Of a DNA stretch of 64,000 bases, positions 20,974-30,695 are shown one piece after another. Numbering within the stretch: the first letter of the stretch is position 1; every line of letters begins with the position of its first letter. The stretch is from assembly GCA_947588945.1 (NCBI GenBank), contig CANPZY010000002.1, positions 29,592-93,591 on the forward strand. Reading direction: 5' to 3'. The position numbers and the translations under genes were made by a program. This stretch comes from an uncultured Clostridia bacterium. Lineage in GTDB: Bacteria; Bacillota; Clostridia; TANB77; CAG-508. The notes under the pieces are model-generated. The model saw only the letters and a list, made by a program, of their open reading frames with translations, made no database searches and was not told the DNA's origin.

Positions 20974-22008
20974 ATGAGAATAATTTTTATGGGAACACCA
21001 GATTTTGCACAAAAATCATTAAAGGCATTATATGAATCTGGAAATGAAATAATAGCAGTAGTTACAAATCAAGATAAACCAAAGGGAAGGGGAATGAAAT
21101 TAATAACATCCCCTGTTAAAGAATATGCATTAGAGAAAAATTTAAAGATTTATCAGCCAATAAAAATTAGAAAAAATGTTGATTTTATAAATGAGATTAA
21201 AAGTTTAAATCCTGATTTACTTTGTGTAGTAGCTTATGGAAAAATACTTCCTAAAGCATTACTAGATATTCCAAAATATGGAGCCATAAATGTTCATGGT
21301 TCGCTTCTTCCAAAATATAGAGGTGCTGCACCAATTCAATGGGCAGTATTAAACGGAGATAAAGAAACTGGAATAACTACAATGTTTATGGATGAAGGTA
21401 TGGACACAGGAGACATGATATTAAAAGAAAAAGTTCAGATAGGAGAAGATGAAACAACAGGAGAGCTATGGGAAAGGTTATCAAAGGTTGGAGCAAAACT
21501 TTTAGTTGAAACTGTAAATAAATTAGAAGAAGTAGTGCAAAACATCAAATTGACAAATGAAATTTTAGATGAGGATCAAAAAGAAAAATTAAAAGAAGAA
21601 GTAAAAAATAAAATAGGAGCAGAAAAACAAGAAGGAGAATTTACTATTGCACCAATGTTAGATAAAGAAATGGCCTTAATTGATTGGAATAAAAATGCTA
21701 AACAAATTAAAAATTTAGTAAGAGGATTAAATCCTATAATGGGTGCATATTCATTTTTAGAAGGCAAAAAAATAAAAATATGGAAAGTAAAAGAACTTGA
21801 AAAAATAGATGGAATCGCAGATGATAATATGCAAAATGGTGAGGTTGTAATCTCAGATAAGAAGAAAGGTTTATTTATAAAAACAGCAAATGGAATAATT
21901 GAGGTATTAGAGATTCAGGGTGAAAATGGCAAGAAAATGGATATAAAGTCATTTTTAAATGGAAATCAAATAAAAGAAAAAACAGTTTTTTCTGATAAAA
22001 TTTTGTAA
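20974..22008 (+). CDS. fmt: methionyl-tRNA formyltransferase
   Basis: MRIIFMGTPDFA..., NVHGSLLPKYRGAAPIQWA. Confidence 0.9.
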   Translation: MRIIFMGTPDFAQKSLKALYESGNEIIAVVTNQDKPKGRGMKLITSPVKEYALEKNLKIYQPIKIRKNVDFINEIKSLNPDLLCVVAYGKILPKALLDIPKYGAINVHGSLLPKYRGAAPIQWAVLNGDKETGITTMFMDEGMDTGDMILKEKVQIGEDETTGELWERLSKVGAKLLVETVNKLEEVVQNIKLTNEILDEDQKEKLKEEVKNKIGAEKQEGEFTIAPMLDKEMALIDWNKNAKQIKNLVRGLNPIMGAYSFLEGKKIKIWKVKELEKIDGIADDNMQNGEVVISDKKKGLFIKTANGIIEVLEIQGENGKKMDIKSFLNGNQIKEKTVFSDKIL

Positions 22009-22049
22009 AAAGCTTAGTATGACAAATAATATCTTTTCTTTTTAGGTAA

Positions 22050-22090
22050 AAATACCATCTAATAGTATTCTATTAGGTGGTATATTTTTG
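22050..22090. terminator. bidirectional hairpin terminator between convergent fmt and 22117..22728
   Basis: Stem accatctaatag / tattaggtggt followed by a T run. Confidence 0.5.
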
Positions 22091-22116
22091 ACTAAAAAGT
22101 ATTTGATTAATAAAAT

Positions 22117-22728
22117 TTACAAAAAAGCATTTAACTTATTTATATTATCTCTTTGGAATTTATTAAAGTCTTTTAGTAAATCAGTTGTGCTATCTTCTAT
22201 ACATAAATTACAATTTAAGATTTTTTGACATTCAATAACTCCCATAAGTGTTCCTTGTATCATCATTTCGGCAATATGAGAATTTGTACTATCTCTCAAA
22301 AGATTCATCTTTATTCCATAACAGCTCATCATTTTAGTGTATCTTGGGGTATCTTCTGGAATTTCTCCATATTTTTCAAAATGTTGATTTACTTGATGTA
22401 AAATGTTTGAGTATTGTGAATACATGGAAACAAGAAGCTTTTTCATTTCTTTGTCAGAAATTTTATTTGTTAAAAAAGATATACTACTCATACCCATTTG
22501 AGCAATTTTGCTAATTTCATTTAAAACAGCTAAATCAATATCGAAACAATTAAAGTCATCAGTTGAGTTACAAGACTCATTAGATTTCTTATTATCTGAA
22601 GATTCATCAGAAAGTTCAGGTTTTCTAGAATCAGTGATATTGTCAGATATATTGCTTTTCTTCTCATCCTCTTTTGAATCCATAGTGATATCTTCAGCGC
22701 TATTTTTGAGTGATTTATTCTTATCCAT
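22117..22728 (-). CDS. hypothetical acidic protein; possibly a coat-F-like helical protein
   Basis: 203-aa ORF with a Ser/Asp-rich N-terminus and a helical C-terminal half; assignment is weak. Confidence 0.35.
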   Translation of the reverse strand: MDKNKSLKNSAEDITMDSKEDEKKSNISDNITDSRKPELSDESSDNKKSNESCNSTDDFNCFDIDLAVLNEISKIAQMGMSSISFLTNKISDKEMKKLLVSMYSQYSNILHQVNQHFEKYGEIPEDTPRYTKMMSCYGIKMNLLRDSTNSHIAEMMIQGTLMGVIECQKILNCNLCIEDSTTDLLKDFNKFQRDNINKLNAFL

Positions 22729-22884
22729 AAAAAATTATCCTTTCTTTATTAAGTTAGAAAATAACCAAATAAAAATTTATTTATCATGTATTTTGCCCAT
22801 AATCTGAAAAAATATTATTGAAATAAGCAAAAAACTAGAGTATACTAAAAAAGAATAATAACAAAAAGGAGTAATCTTAAAAAA

Positions 22885-25800
22885 ATGGAATGGACCAAAG
22901 AACAAAAACAAGCAATTGAAAAAAATGGATCAAATATTTTAGTGTCTGCATCTGCAGGATCTCGGAAAAACTAGCGTATTAGTAGAAAGAATAATCAACA
23001 AAGTAATTAATCAAAAAATTGATATTGATAAACTTTTAGTTGTTACTTTCACAAATGCAGCAGCAAGTGAAATGAAGCAAAGGTTTTTAGATGCAATTTA
23101 CAAGAATATTGACAAAAATCCAGATGATGAGTATTTGCAAAAACAGATACTTTTATTAAATAGAGCTCATATTAGCACCATTCACTCTTTTTGTTTAGAT
23201 GTAATTAGAAATAATTTTTTTGAACTTGGAATTCCAGCAAACTTCAGAGTTGCAGATACAACAGAAATAAGCATAATGAAACAAGAAGTAATTGAGGATA
23301 TTTTTGAAAAGAAATATGAAGAAAATAATGAAGATTTTATAAATTTGTTAGAATTGTATACAACATATAAAAGTGATGACGCTTTAAAAGAAATTATTTT
23401 AAATATATATGAATTTACTAGATGTGTACCAAATCCAGAAAAATGGCTTGAAGAAAAAGTTGAATTATTAAATATAAAAGAAGAAGATTTTTTAAATACT
23501 ATCTGGGGTGAGATGTTATTTTCTAATGCAAAAAAATTAATAAATGATGCAATATCTAATCTTGAAATTTCAAAAAAAATACTTGAAGACCAGAGTGAAT
23601 TAGTAGATTGCATGGCTTTAGTAATGCAAGATTTTGATGATATATCAAGAATAAATACCGATACTTGGGATAATTTATATAAGGGAATATGTGACAAAGA
23701 ATTTGATAGGTGGTCAGGAAAAAGAAAATTTTCTTCTGAGGAAATTAATAAAATAAAAAATGATGCCAAAATATATAGAGATGAAGCAAAATCTTTAGTT
23801 GATTCAGAATTAAGAAACTTAATAAGTTGTACTTCAAAAGATGCAATAGAAGATATTAAAGCAATGTATCCAATTTTAAAATCAATAGAAGATTTAGTAT
23901 TAGATTTTTCAACTGAATTTGAGAGGAGAAAAAGAGAAAAAAATATTGTTGATTTTTCTGATATAGAGCACTTAGCTTTAAAACTTTTAATAGATGAAAG
24001 TGGAAAGAAAACAAAGATAGCAGAAAAATATAATTTTGAGGAAATAGATGTTGACGAATATCAAGATATTAACTTAATTCAAGAGAGTTTATTAAATAGT
24101 GTTTCTAACGGAAAAAATATTTTTATGGTTGGAGATGTAAAGCAAAGCATTTATAGATTCAGACAAGCAAGACCTGACTTGTTTTTAAGCAAATATGAAA
24201 AATATAAAAAAGATGACACTGAAGAAAATAACTTAAGCACTGATACTAAAATACAGCTTTATAGTAATTTTAGAAGTAGAGAAACAGTAATTAATTTAAC
24301 TAATCAGATATTTGAATGTATAATGAGCAAAGAATTAGGCGAAATGAATTATGATAAGGATGAATATTTAAACTTTGCCGGAACTTTTGATGAACCAAAA
24401 ATAGATTGTATAGCAGAGCTAAATGTAATAGAACTTGAAGATATGGATGGAGCACTAGATGAAACAAAAGAAAAAATTGATACTCAAGAAATAGAACCAG
24501 ATGCAGAGGATAGCGAAGATGAAGAACTTTTAGAAAAGTCAGTCTTAGAAGCAAGATTTACGGCTACAAAAATAAAAGAGTTAGTAGATAAAGGTTATAA
24601 TTACAAGGATATATCTATTCTTTTAAGAAGTCCTTCAAGCATTGCACCAATATATGAAAAAGAATTAATCGAGCAAGGCATACCTGTATTTTCAGATACT
24701 GCCTCAGAATATCTTGCATCAATAGAAATTGATACTATTATTTCAATATTGAAAATAATAGATAATCCACTTCAAGATATTCCTCTTGTAACTGTTCTAA
24801 GATCTCCAATTTTTAGCTTTAGTGAAAATGAATTAATGGAAATAAGACTTAACAAAACTAAAGTACCATTTTTTAGGGCATTGCAAGAAACAAAAACTGA
24901 CAAGGTAAAAAGATTTTTAAAACTACTAGATGAATGGAAAAAAGATGAAAAAGAATTACCTTTAGATGAATTAATTTGGAAAATATATTCACAAACCGGA
25001 TATTATCATTATGTAAGATTAATGCCTAACGGAAAATTAAGACAAGCTAATTTAAAAAAGCTATTTGAAAAAGCTAAAGATTATGAAAAGATTAGTTTTA
25101 AAGGGGTATTTAATTTCATTACATTTATCGAAAAAATTTCTAAAGAAAAATCAAGTATACAAGAAGCAAAGATAATTGGCGAAAATGATGATGTTGTCAG
25201 AATCATGAGTATACATAAAAGCAAAGGATTAGAATTTCCAATAGTATTTTTATGCGGTGTAGATAAACAAATGAATTTGAGAGATTTGAATGAAAAAATT
25301 GTTTTGGATCAAGATATTGGGATAGGTGTCAACTTAGTAAAAGATGGCTTAAATTACTCTACTTTAAGCAAAGAAGCAATTAAGATGAAAATGAGAAAAG
25401 AAGCTATCTCAGAAGAAATGAGAGTTTTATATGTAGCACTAACTAGAGCAAAAGAAAAATTGATTATCGTAGGTGCAGACAGAAAGGTAAATACAACTTT
25501 AGAAAAAAAGAAAGCTGAATTAGAAAAGTATAAAAGAATTGCTGGAATTAGTCCAAAATTAGTTGGAGACTATATAAGATACTTAGATTGGATTGAACTT
25601 GTATATTTATATAATCCAAGACTAAGCCTAAAATTAGATGTAATAGACAAAAATTCACTTATTAATTTAAAAAAGGAAAAGAGTGAAGAATTAGATGAAA
25701 TTAACTTTAATAGAAAAGTAGATAAAGAAAAATATAAAAAGGTTGATGAATTACTAAATTGGGAATATAAGTATAAAAATACTGTTGAATTGCCAAGCAA

Positions 25801-26422
25801 TGCATCTGTTACTCAATTAAAGGAAGAAAATCAGAATAAAGACGATAAAGAACTAGAACAAGGAAATGATGAAGTACAAAATTTATTTGTAAATAATTTT
25901 AACAATACTTTAGAATCTGATTATTTTGAGAATAAACATGATATAGAGATTAAAGGCGCAAGACTAGGAACTTTAATACATTTAGCTTTACAAAAAATTA
26001 GTATAACAACAAAAGATATTGAAAAATTAATTGAATCATTAAAAATTACTCAAGAAGAAAAAAATTCATTGAGGAAAGATAAATCTATTTTTGAAGATTA
26101 TATGAATTCTGAGCTTTTTGAGGATTTAAAACAAGCGAAAGAAATAAATAAAGAAAAACCTTTTTATATGAAAATACCTTATGAAGGTACAGAAGAAAAT
26201 GTTTTAGTACAAGGTGTTATTGATTTATATTATGTTGATAAAGATGATAAATTAATACTTGTAGATTATAAAACAGATAGAAATGTAAATGAGAAAGAAT
26301 TAATAGATAGATATAATTATCAATTAAGCTTATATAAGGAAGCGATAGAGAAATCTTTAAAGAGGAAGGTTGATAAAACATTAATATATTCAACTTATTT
26401 AGGAAAAACAATAGAATTATAA
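22885..26422 (+). pseudogene. addA: ATP-dependent helicase/nuclease subunit A (AddA), +1 frameshift inside the Walker A motif (extra C at 22963)
   Basis: MEWTKEQKQAIEKNGSNILVSASAGS then R K N stop. In the +1 frame GKTSVLVERIINKV...VVTFTNAAASEMKQR continues into the 1116-aa ORF (UvrD-like helicase plus C-terminal PD-(D/E)xK nuclease, VDYKTD). Removing C22963 (tctCgga) gives AGSGKT. Confidence 0.85.
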
Positions 26423-26494
26423 TAGATGATTTTTAAGTTAGATGATAAAGGCATGATAAAGATTATTAATAAAAAGAGGAGTTTTACATAAAAT

Positions 26495-26731
26495 ATGAGA
26501 ATAGACAAATTTTTAAAGGTATCAAGAATAATAAAACGTAGAACGATTGCTAATGAAGCAGCTGATAATGGAAGAATTTCAGTAAATGGAAGAGTTGTAA
26601 AACCAAGTTATGAAATTAAAATTGGTGATATTGTAGAGATAAGGTTTGGAAATAATACATCAAAATTTAAAATAATTGCTATTCCAAAAGGACAAAATTG
26701 CAATGCAAGTGAGGTAATAGAGCTATTGTAA
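26495..26731 (+). CDS. S4-domain RNA-binding protein (YabO/HslR-like)
   Basis: [49 protein letters not shown] is an S4 fold. Confidence 0.7.
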   Translation: MRIDKFLKVSRIIKRRTIANEAADNGRISVNGRVVKPSYEIKIGDIVEIRFGNNTSKFKIIAIPKGQNCNASEVIELL

Positions 26732-26760
26732 AGTGTAGATATGTATAAGCTTATATATTA

Positions 26761-26784
26761 GGTCAAGTGAAAAAGTAAATGCAA
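26761..26784 (+). repeat. copy 2 of the 24-nt motif GGTCAAGTGAAAAAGTAAATGCAA
   Basis: Exact copy; 450 bp upstream of P4. Confidence 0.6.
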
Positions 26785-26911
26785 TTTGTAGATATGCAAC
26801 AATTAATAATTACAATAAATTAAGTATAGAAATAAAATTTATAATGATATTGATTTATAAATTTTAATTATAAAATAAAATCATTAGAAAAATTATTTTT
26901 ATTTAATTAAT

Positions 26912-27086
26912 TTAAAAGATTAATAAAAAATAAATATATAATATATATAGCATAATAAAGTCAATTATAGAATAAAAAGAAATAAAAAAATATTACAAAA
27001 TTGTAAAGAAATTTAATTATAAACTCTTGCAAAATCATTGATATAAATGAATTGCAAGAGTTTATAATTTTTTATTAATCTTTTAA
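26912..27086. promoter_or_regulatory. candidate invertible promoter switch P4: 19-bp inverted repeats (26912..26930 / 27068..27086), 137-bp spacer with a perfect 12-bp palindrome overlapping TTGATA-N18-TATAAT
   Basis: Arms ttaaaagattaataaaaaa / ttttttattaatcttttaa; the spacer contains aaactcttgcaa-N18-ttgcaagagttt. Confidence 0.4.
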
Positions 27087-27209
27087 CTTAATAAAACATA
27101 TAGAAGTAAAGTCTTATAAAGTATTAACTTAATACTTTAAAAATAATAAAATTAATATAAATAATAAATATAAAAAAGCAAATAATAAAAAAGAAGGAGA
27201 AAGCGAAAG

Positions 27210-28394
27210 ATGAGAAAAGTAAATTATAAGGAAAAAGGAATCACATTAATAGCATTAGTAGTAACAATCATAATATTACTAATATTAGCAGGAGTAACAC
27301 TAACAACAGCATTGAGTCAAAATGGATTATTTCAAAGGGCAAAGATAGCAGGAGAAAAATATAAAGAATCAGAAGAAGATGAGACAGAAAAATTAAGGGA
27401 AGTAGAAAAAGAGATAGATAAAATAATAAATGGAGAAACTCCACCAGACCTACCAAATCCTCCAACGCCACCATCAGGCGGAATAGGAAGTAGTGACATA
27501 GCAGGAAATTTAAAAGAATATCAAGGAAAATATGTAGACATAGGTGTGGATATAAATGGAAATGAAAGTACAGCGGATGATTGGGAATTATTTTATGCAA
27601 CAGATGATAGAATATTTTTAATAGCAGCAGATTGTGTGCCAGTAACCAAACTAGGAGAGTGGAAGGTGATAGGAGAGAACGCAACAAATACTAATGGTTT
27701 CCAACAAGATTCTAGCAATACATATGATGTTTACTGGCCGAGTGGTCCTACGGCATTCTTAACTTTGCCAACAATAGACAACTTTTTGAAGACAGTAATG
27801 CATGAAGAATTTGATTTGTATCTAGTTAAGAAAAAATATAGTGGGATGGCGGTATCACAATTATTAAATACAAACGTATGGGATGAAATAAAAAATGAAG
27901 CAGATAAGGTGCATCCAGATTGTGTAGACTTTGCAATCGGAGGACCAACATTAGAGATGTGGTGTGCAGCATGGAATGAGGCAGTAGGAACAGATGATGC
28001 TACATTTAAACAAATACAACCAGACGGTTCTGGTGAAAATGGATATTGTGTAGGATGTACTGCAACGGGTAAGACTGAACAAAATAGTTTATATATGGAT
28101 GGAAATACGAGTGGACTAGAAAGTAATTTAACAACATTAGGAAATGATTATAAAACATTTTTCCCACACGTTGGCAGTGCTAAGTTGGGTGGAAGTTTGG
28201 GATATTGGTTGGCTTCGCCTTCCTCTGGCCACCTCGTTATGTCCTTGATGAGTGTCCGCTATGACGGCCGCGTGACCTACGCCGACTATAACGTCATCGG
28301 CTTTGGGGTTCGTCCGGTAGTTTCTCTACGATCTGGAGTCCAAATAGTAGAGAGGGCAGAACCGAAGAACATATACGACTTGGCGACTGAGTAA
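27210..28394 (+). CDS. secreted pilin-like protein P4 with a C-terminal DUF1566/C-type-lectin-fold domain that carries a DGR variable repeat
   Basis: Leader MRKVNYKEKGITLIALVVTIIILLILAGV, Pro-rich linker PPDLPNPPTPPSGG, then a C-terminus ...GYWLASPSSGHLVMSLMSVRYDGRVTYADYNVIGFGVRPVVSL whose DNA (28207..28325) matches the AAC-rich template repeat at 28824..28939 apart from substitutions at template adenines. Confidence 0.75.
   Translation: MRKVNYKEKGITLIALVVTIIILLILAGVTLTTALSQNGLFQRAKIAGEKYKESEEDETEKLREVEKEIDKIINGETPPDLPNPPTPPSGGIGSSDIAGNLKEYQGKYVDIGVDINGNESTADDWELFYATDDRIFLIAADCVPVTKLGEWKVIGENATNTNGFQQDSSNTYDVYWPSGPTAFLTLPTIDNFLKTVMHEEFDLYLVKKKYSGMAVSQLLNTNVWDEIKNEADKVHPDCVDFAIGGPTLEMWCAAWNEAVGTDDATFKQIQPDGSGENGYCVGCTATGKTEQNSLYMDGNTSGLESNLTTLGNDYKTFFPHVGSAKLGGSLGYWLASPSSGHLVMSLMSVRYDGRVTYADYNVIGFGVRPVVSLRSGVQIVERAEPKNIYDLATE
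28207..28325 (+). repeat. DGR variable repeat (VR) at the 3' end of P4
   Basis: A 17-nt identical 5' anchor (ggttggcttcgccttcc) and a shared 3' end (gggggttcg.ccggtag.ttct). In an 81-nt cleanly aligned stretch, about 16 of 19 mismatches fall where the TR has A (AAC versus GGC/CGC/GAC/TAC/GCC/GTC/ATC). Confidence 0.7.
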
Positions 28395-28454
28395 TTGGGA
28401 TAACGTTGATTGCATTCTGATAGGCCTCGTGTCCAACCGCGCTCCGATGTATAA

Positions 28455-28739
28455 AGCAATTTTATAGATAAAAAAGAAATAGAACTAAAAAATAGAATAA
28501 GAACAAATACTTATAATGTTTTAGAAATTGCATATGAAGCAAATATATTAGAAGATGTAGAATTAAAGAAACAATTAATTTGTAAAATAATAGCTAAAAT
28601 AAAAATAGTAGATTTCTTATTAAGTTTAAGCTATGATAAAAAATTAATAACTCAAAAAAAGTATATTAAATTAGGAGAAAGATTAGACGATATTGCTAAA
28701 TATGCAAATGGATGGTTAAAATCTTTCAAAAATGGATGA
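28455..28739 (+). pseudogene. avd: 5'-truncated accessory variability determinant (Avd, four-helix-bundle protein); no start codon
   Basis: Open frame ...NRIRTNTYNVLEIAYEANILEDVELKKQLICKIIAKIKIVDFLLSLSYDKKLITQKKYIKLGERLDDIAKYANGWLKSFKNG* matches the C-terminal helices of the Avd/TIGR02436 family; there is no Met and the N-terminal helix is missing; it abuts GC-rich sequence following the VR. Confidence 0.55.
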
Positions 28740-28823
28740 TATTTTTGAATAGTATTTTATGGGGCATGGTTGTATGGACTCGTTTGAGTTGCGTTAATTT
28801 TTGATTGCGCGTGTGATTTAGTT

Positions 28824-28939
28824 GGTTGGCTTCGCCTTCCGCTAACAACTCTAACAACTTGATGAATGTCAACTATAACGGCAACGTGAACAACAACGAC
28901 TGTAACAACAACAACTTGGGGGTTCGCCCGGTAGATTCT
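28824..28939 (+). repeat. DGR template repeat (TR), AAC-codon rich
   Basis: gctaacaactctaacaacttgatgaatgtcaactataacggcaacgtgaacaacaacgactgtaacaacaacaacttgggggttcgcccggtagattct contains 17 AAC codons and is collinear with the VR. Confidence 0.7.
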
Positions 28940-29227
28940 GAAAAATTTTGGTTGTGTAGACCATTTGTTGCACAAGAGAAGCTTCAGTTCAGAAACAAAC
29001 CGTTGTCCTTTAGTACAGATTTAAAATCGCTGTGCTATAAATAAAAATAGATAAATATGTTTGTTAGTAGGTATTTACCGAAGGGGAGCATTATTTTAGC
29101 ACTATTTTATCTAGTAATCAGTTTAGATTGCTAGTTTTTTATTTGCTTTTTATTTTATTGTTACTTAAATCTTAATTCTTCTAAATGTTTGTAACATATC
29201 ATACTGCTAACAAGACTATTAATAGGC

Positions 29228-29803
29228 TCAATACCGAGAATAATATAAGTATCTTTTCTTCTTTAATCTTCTGTTTACGGTTCTATATTTTGCATATCTA
29301 CCACGACTATTTCTACCAACAAAAATAAAATTATTTGTATTTTTAAAAATCCTTGTTTTTCTATTTAATTTTAATCCATCTTTTTCTAAAAATATTTTTA
29401 ATTGTTCTAAGCAATATTTTAAGTATGATTTAGATTGATGAAAAAGTAAGAAATCATCTTGATATCTGACATAATACTTTATTTTTAGTTCTTCTTTTAT
29501 AAAATGATCCATATCATTTAAGTAAAATATAGCTAAAACTTGGCTTGTCATATTACCGATACTAAGGCCTTCATCATCACTATCAATTATATTAAATACT
29601 ATATTTAGTGCATCTTTGTCTTTTATTCTAGTTTTTAACTTCTTTTTTAAAATATCATGGTCAATACTTGCAAAGAATTTACTTATATCTGCTTTTAAAA
29701 TATAATAATCTTTATATTTTATTTTACATTTTGGTAAAAAGATGGAGATAAGAAAATGGAGAGAATTTATATAAACAGAGAATGTTGTATAGCCTACACT
29801 GTA
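29228..29803 (-). pseudogene. DGR-type reverse transcriptase, 5'-truncated (fingers motifs 1-2 missing), opposite strand to the TR
   Basis: Minus-strand open frame ...YILKADISKFFASIDHDILKKKLKTRIKDKDALNIVFNIIDSDDEGLSIGNMTSQVLAIFYLNDMDHFIKEELKIKYYVRYQDDFLLFHQS...LKLNRKTRIFKNTNNFIFVG shows RT motifs 3/A, B, C (YxDD as RYQDDF) and the thumb. A stop lies 5' of the KADISKFF region and no RT-like sequence is found further upstream in any frame. Confidence 0.75.
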
Positions 29804-29989
29804 TTAGCATTACATGAAATTTTTTGTAGTTCAAAAAAAAGAAAAAACACTAAAAGATGTTATATCTGAAATTAGAGTCATGTTTGAATTATATACTGAT
29901 GAAAATGAACTAATGAAATTAGCAGAAGATATATTAAAAAAAGAAGGAAAAATAAAGTAATAATAGATAGAGAGTGTGAAAAAATTGGA

Positions 29990-30160
29990 ATGACAATAGA
30001 AGAATGTGCTGCATATTTGGGAGTGAGTAAACAATTGGTTGCAGAACTTGTAAAGTTAGATGATTTTCCTTGTATAAAATTTAAAAGGCGAATTCTAATA
30101 AATAAGCTTGGACTAAATGAATGGATGAATAATAATATTGGAAAATTTCTTGATTATTAA
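29990..30160 (+). CDS. excisionase/AlpA-family helix-turn-helix protein (56 aa)
   Basis: MTIEECAAYLGVSKQLVAELVKLDDFPCIKFKRRILINKLGLNEWMNN is an Xis-type HTH. Confidence 0.55.
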   Translation: MTIEECAAYLGVSKQLVAELVKLDDFPCIKFKRRILINKLGLNEWMNNNIGKFLDY

Positions 30161-30253
30161 AAAAATTTTTTCTCAAATTGTTTTAGTAAAATTCGATTTA
30201 TATAATTATTATATATTCCACAAGTCACAGTTTTACTAAAACGTTCTAAAGAG

Positions 30254-30695
30254 GTGATTTTAGTGAATAAAGAAGATGGTGACATAAAAATTATAAATAC
30301 GAAATCAGGTGATAAGAAAAGAAGAAATAAAGGTGAAGGAACAATTAGAAAAAAAGGTAATACTTATGAAGGCAGAGTTACAGTAAAAATACAAGAAAAA
30401 TCAAAGCAAATTTCTATATGTAATCGTGATAAAAGAATTCTTATAAAAAATAACTTAGAACCATATATTATGAAAGAAAACAAAATTAATAATCTAGAAG
30501 ATTTAATAGGTAAAAATGTATTTTTAACAAGTAATCCTAGGTCATGCTAGTATAGAAATGACAGAAAGATATACGCATTTAGTAGATGATTTAGATATAG
30601 AAGAAATGGAGAAATTACAAAACTTATATGACAAAAAATTGAAGACATTTTATAATGAAAAGGAACTTTGTGAAATATGTGGAGTTGTAGCATAA
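30254..30695 (+). pseudogene. tyrosine integrase remnant: N-terminal arm-binding domain joined directly to the extreme C-terminus (internal deletion/frameshift)
   Basis: The N-terminal frame GEGTIRKKGNTYEGRVTV is an Int_Tn916/AP2-like arm-binding motif. A different frame from ~30540 encodes LGHASIEMTERYTHLVDD..., the catalytic-Tyr C-terminal motif of tyrosine recombinases. The whole catalytic core in between is absent. Confidence 0.6.

Noticed and set aside
28207-28260. 5' third of the VR/TR alignment
   Set aside because: The codons directly after the 17-nt anchor do not align cleanly (a 3-nt length difference and non-A changes). They are excluded from the adenine-bias count rather than forced into alignment.
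28826-29044. Tracked 72-aa ORF (MASPSANNSNNLMNVNYNGNVNNN...)
   Set aside because: It is the Asn-rich (AAC-codon) read-through of the DGR template repeat. It has no RBS, and a TR is not expected to be translated.
29804-29989. Search for the missing RT N-terminus upstream on the minus strand
   Set aside because: All three minus-strand frames give only low-complexity or stop-containing translations. No motif 1/2 (RxIxxP...DRVVQ) is present, so the RT is called truncated rather than frameshifted.
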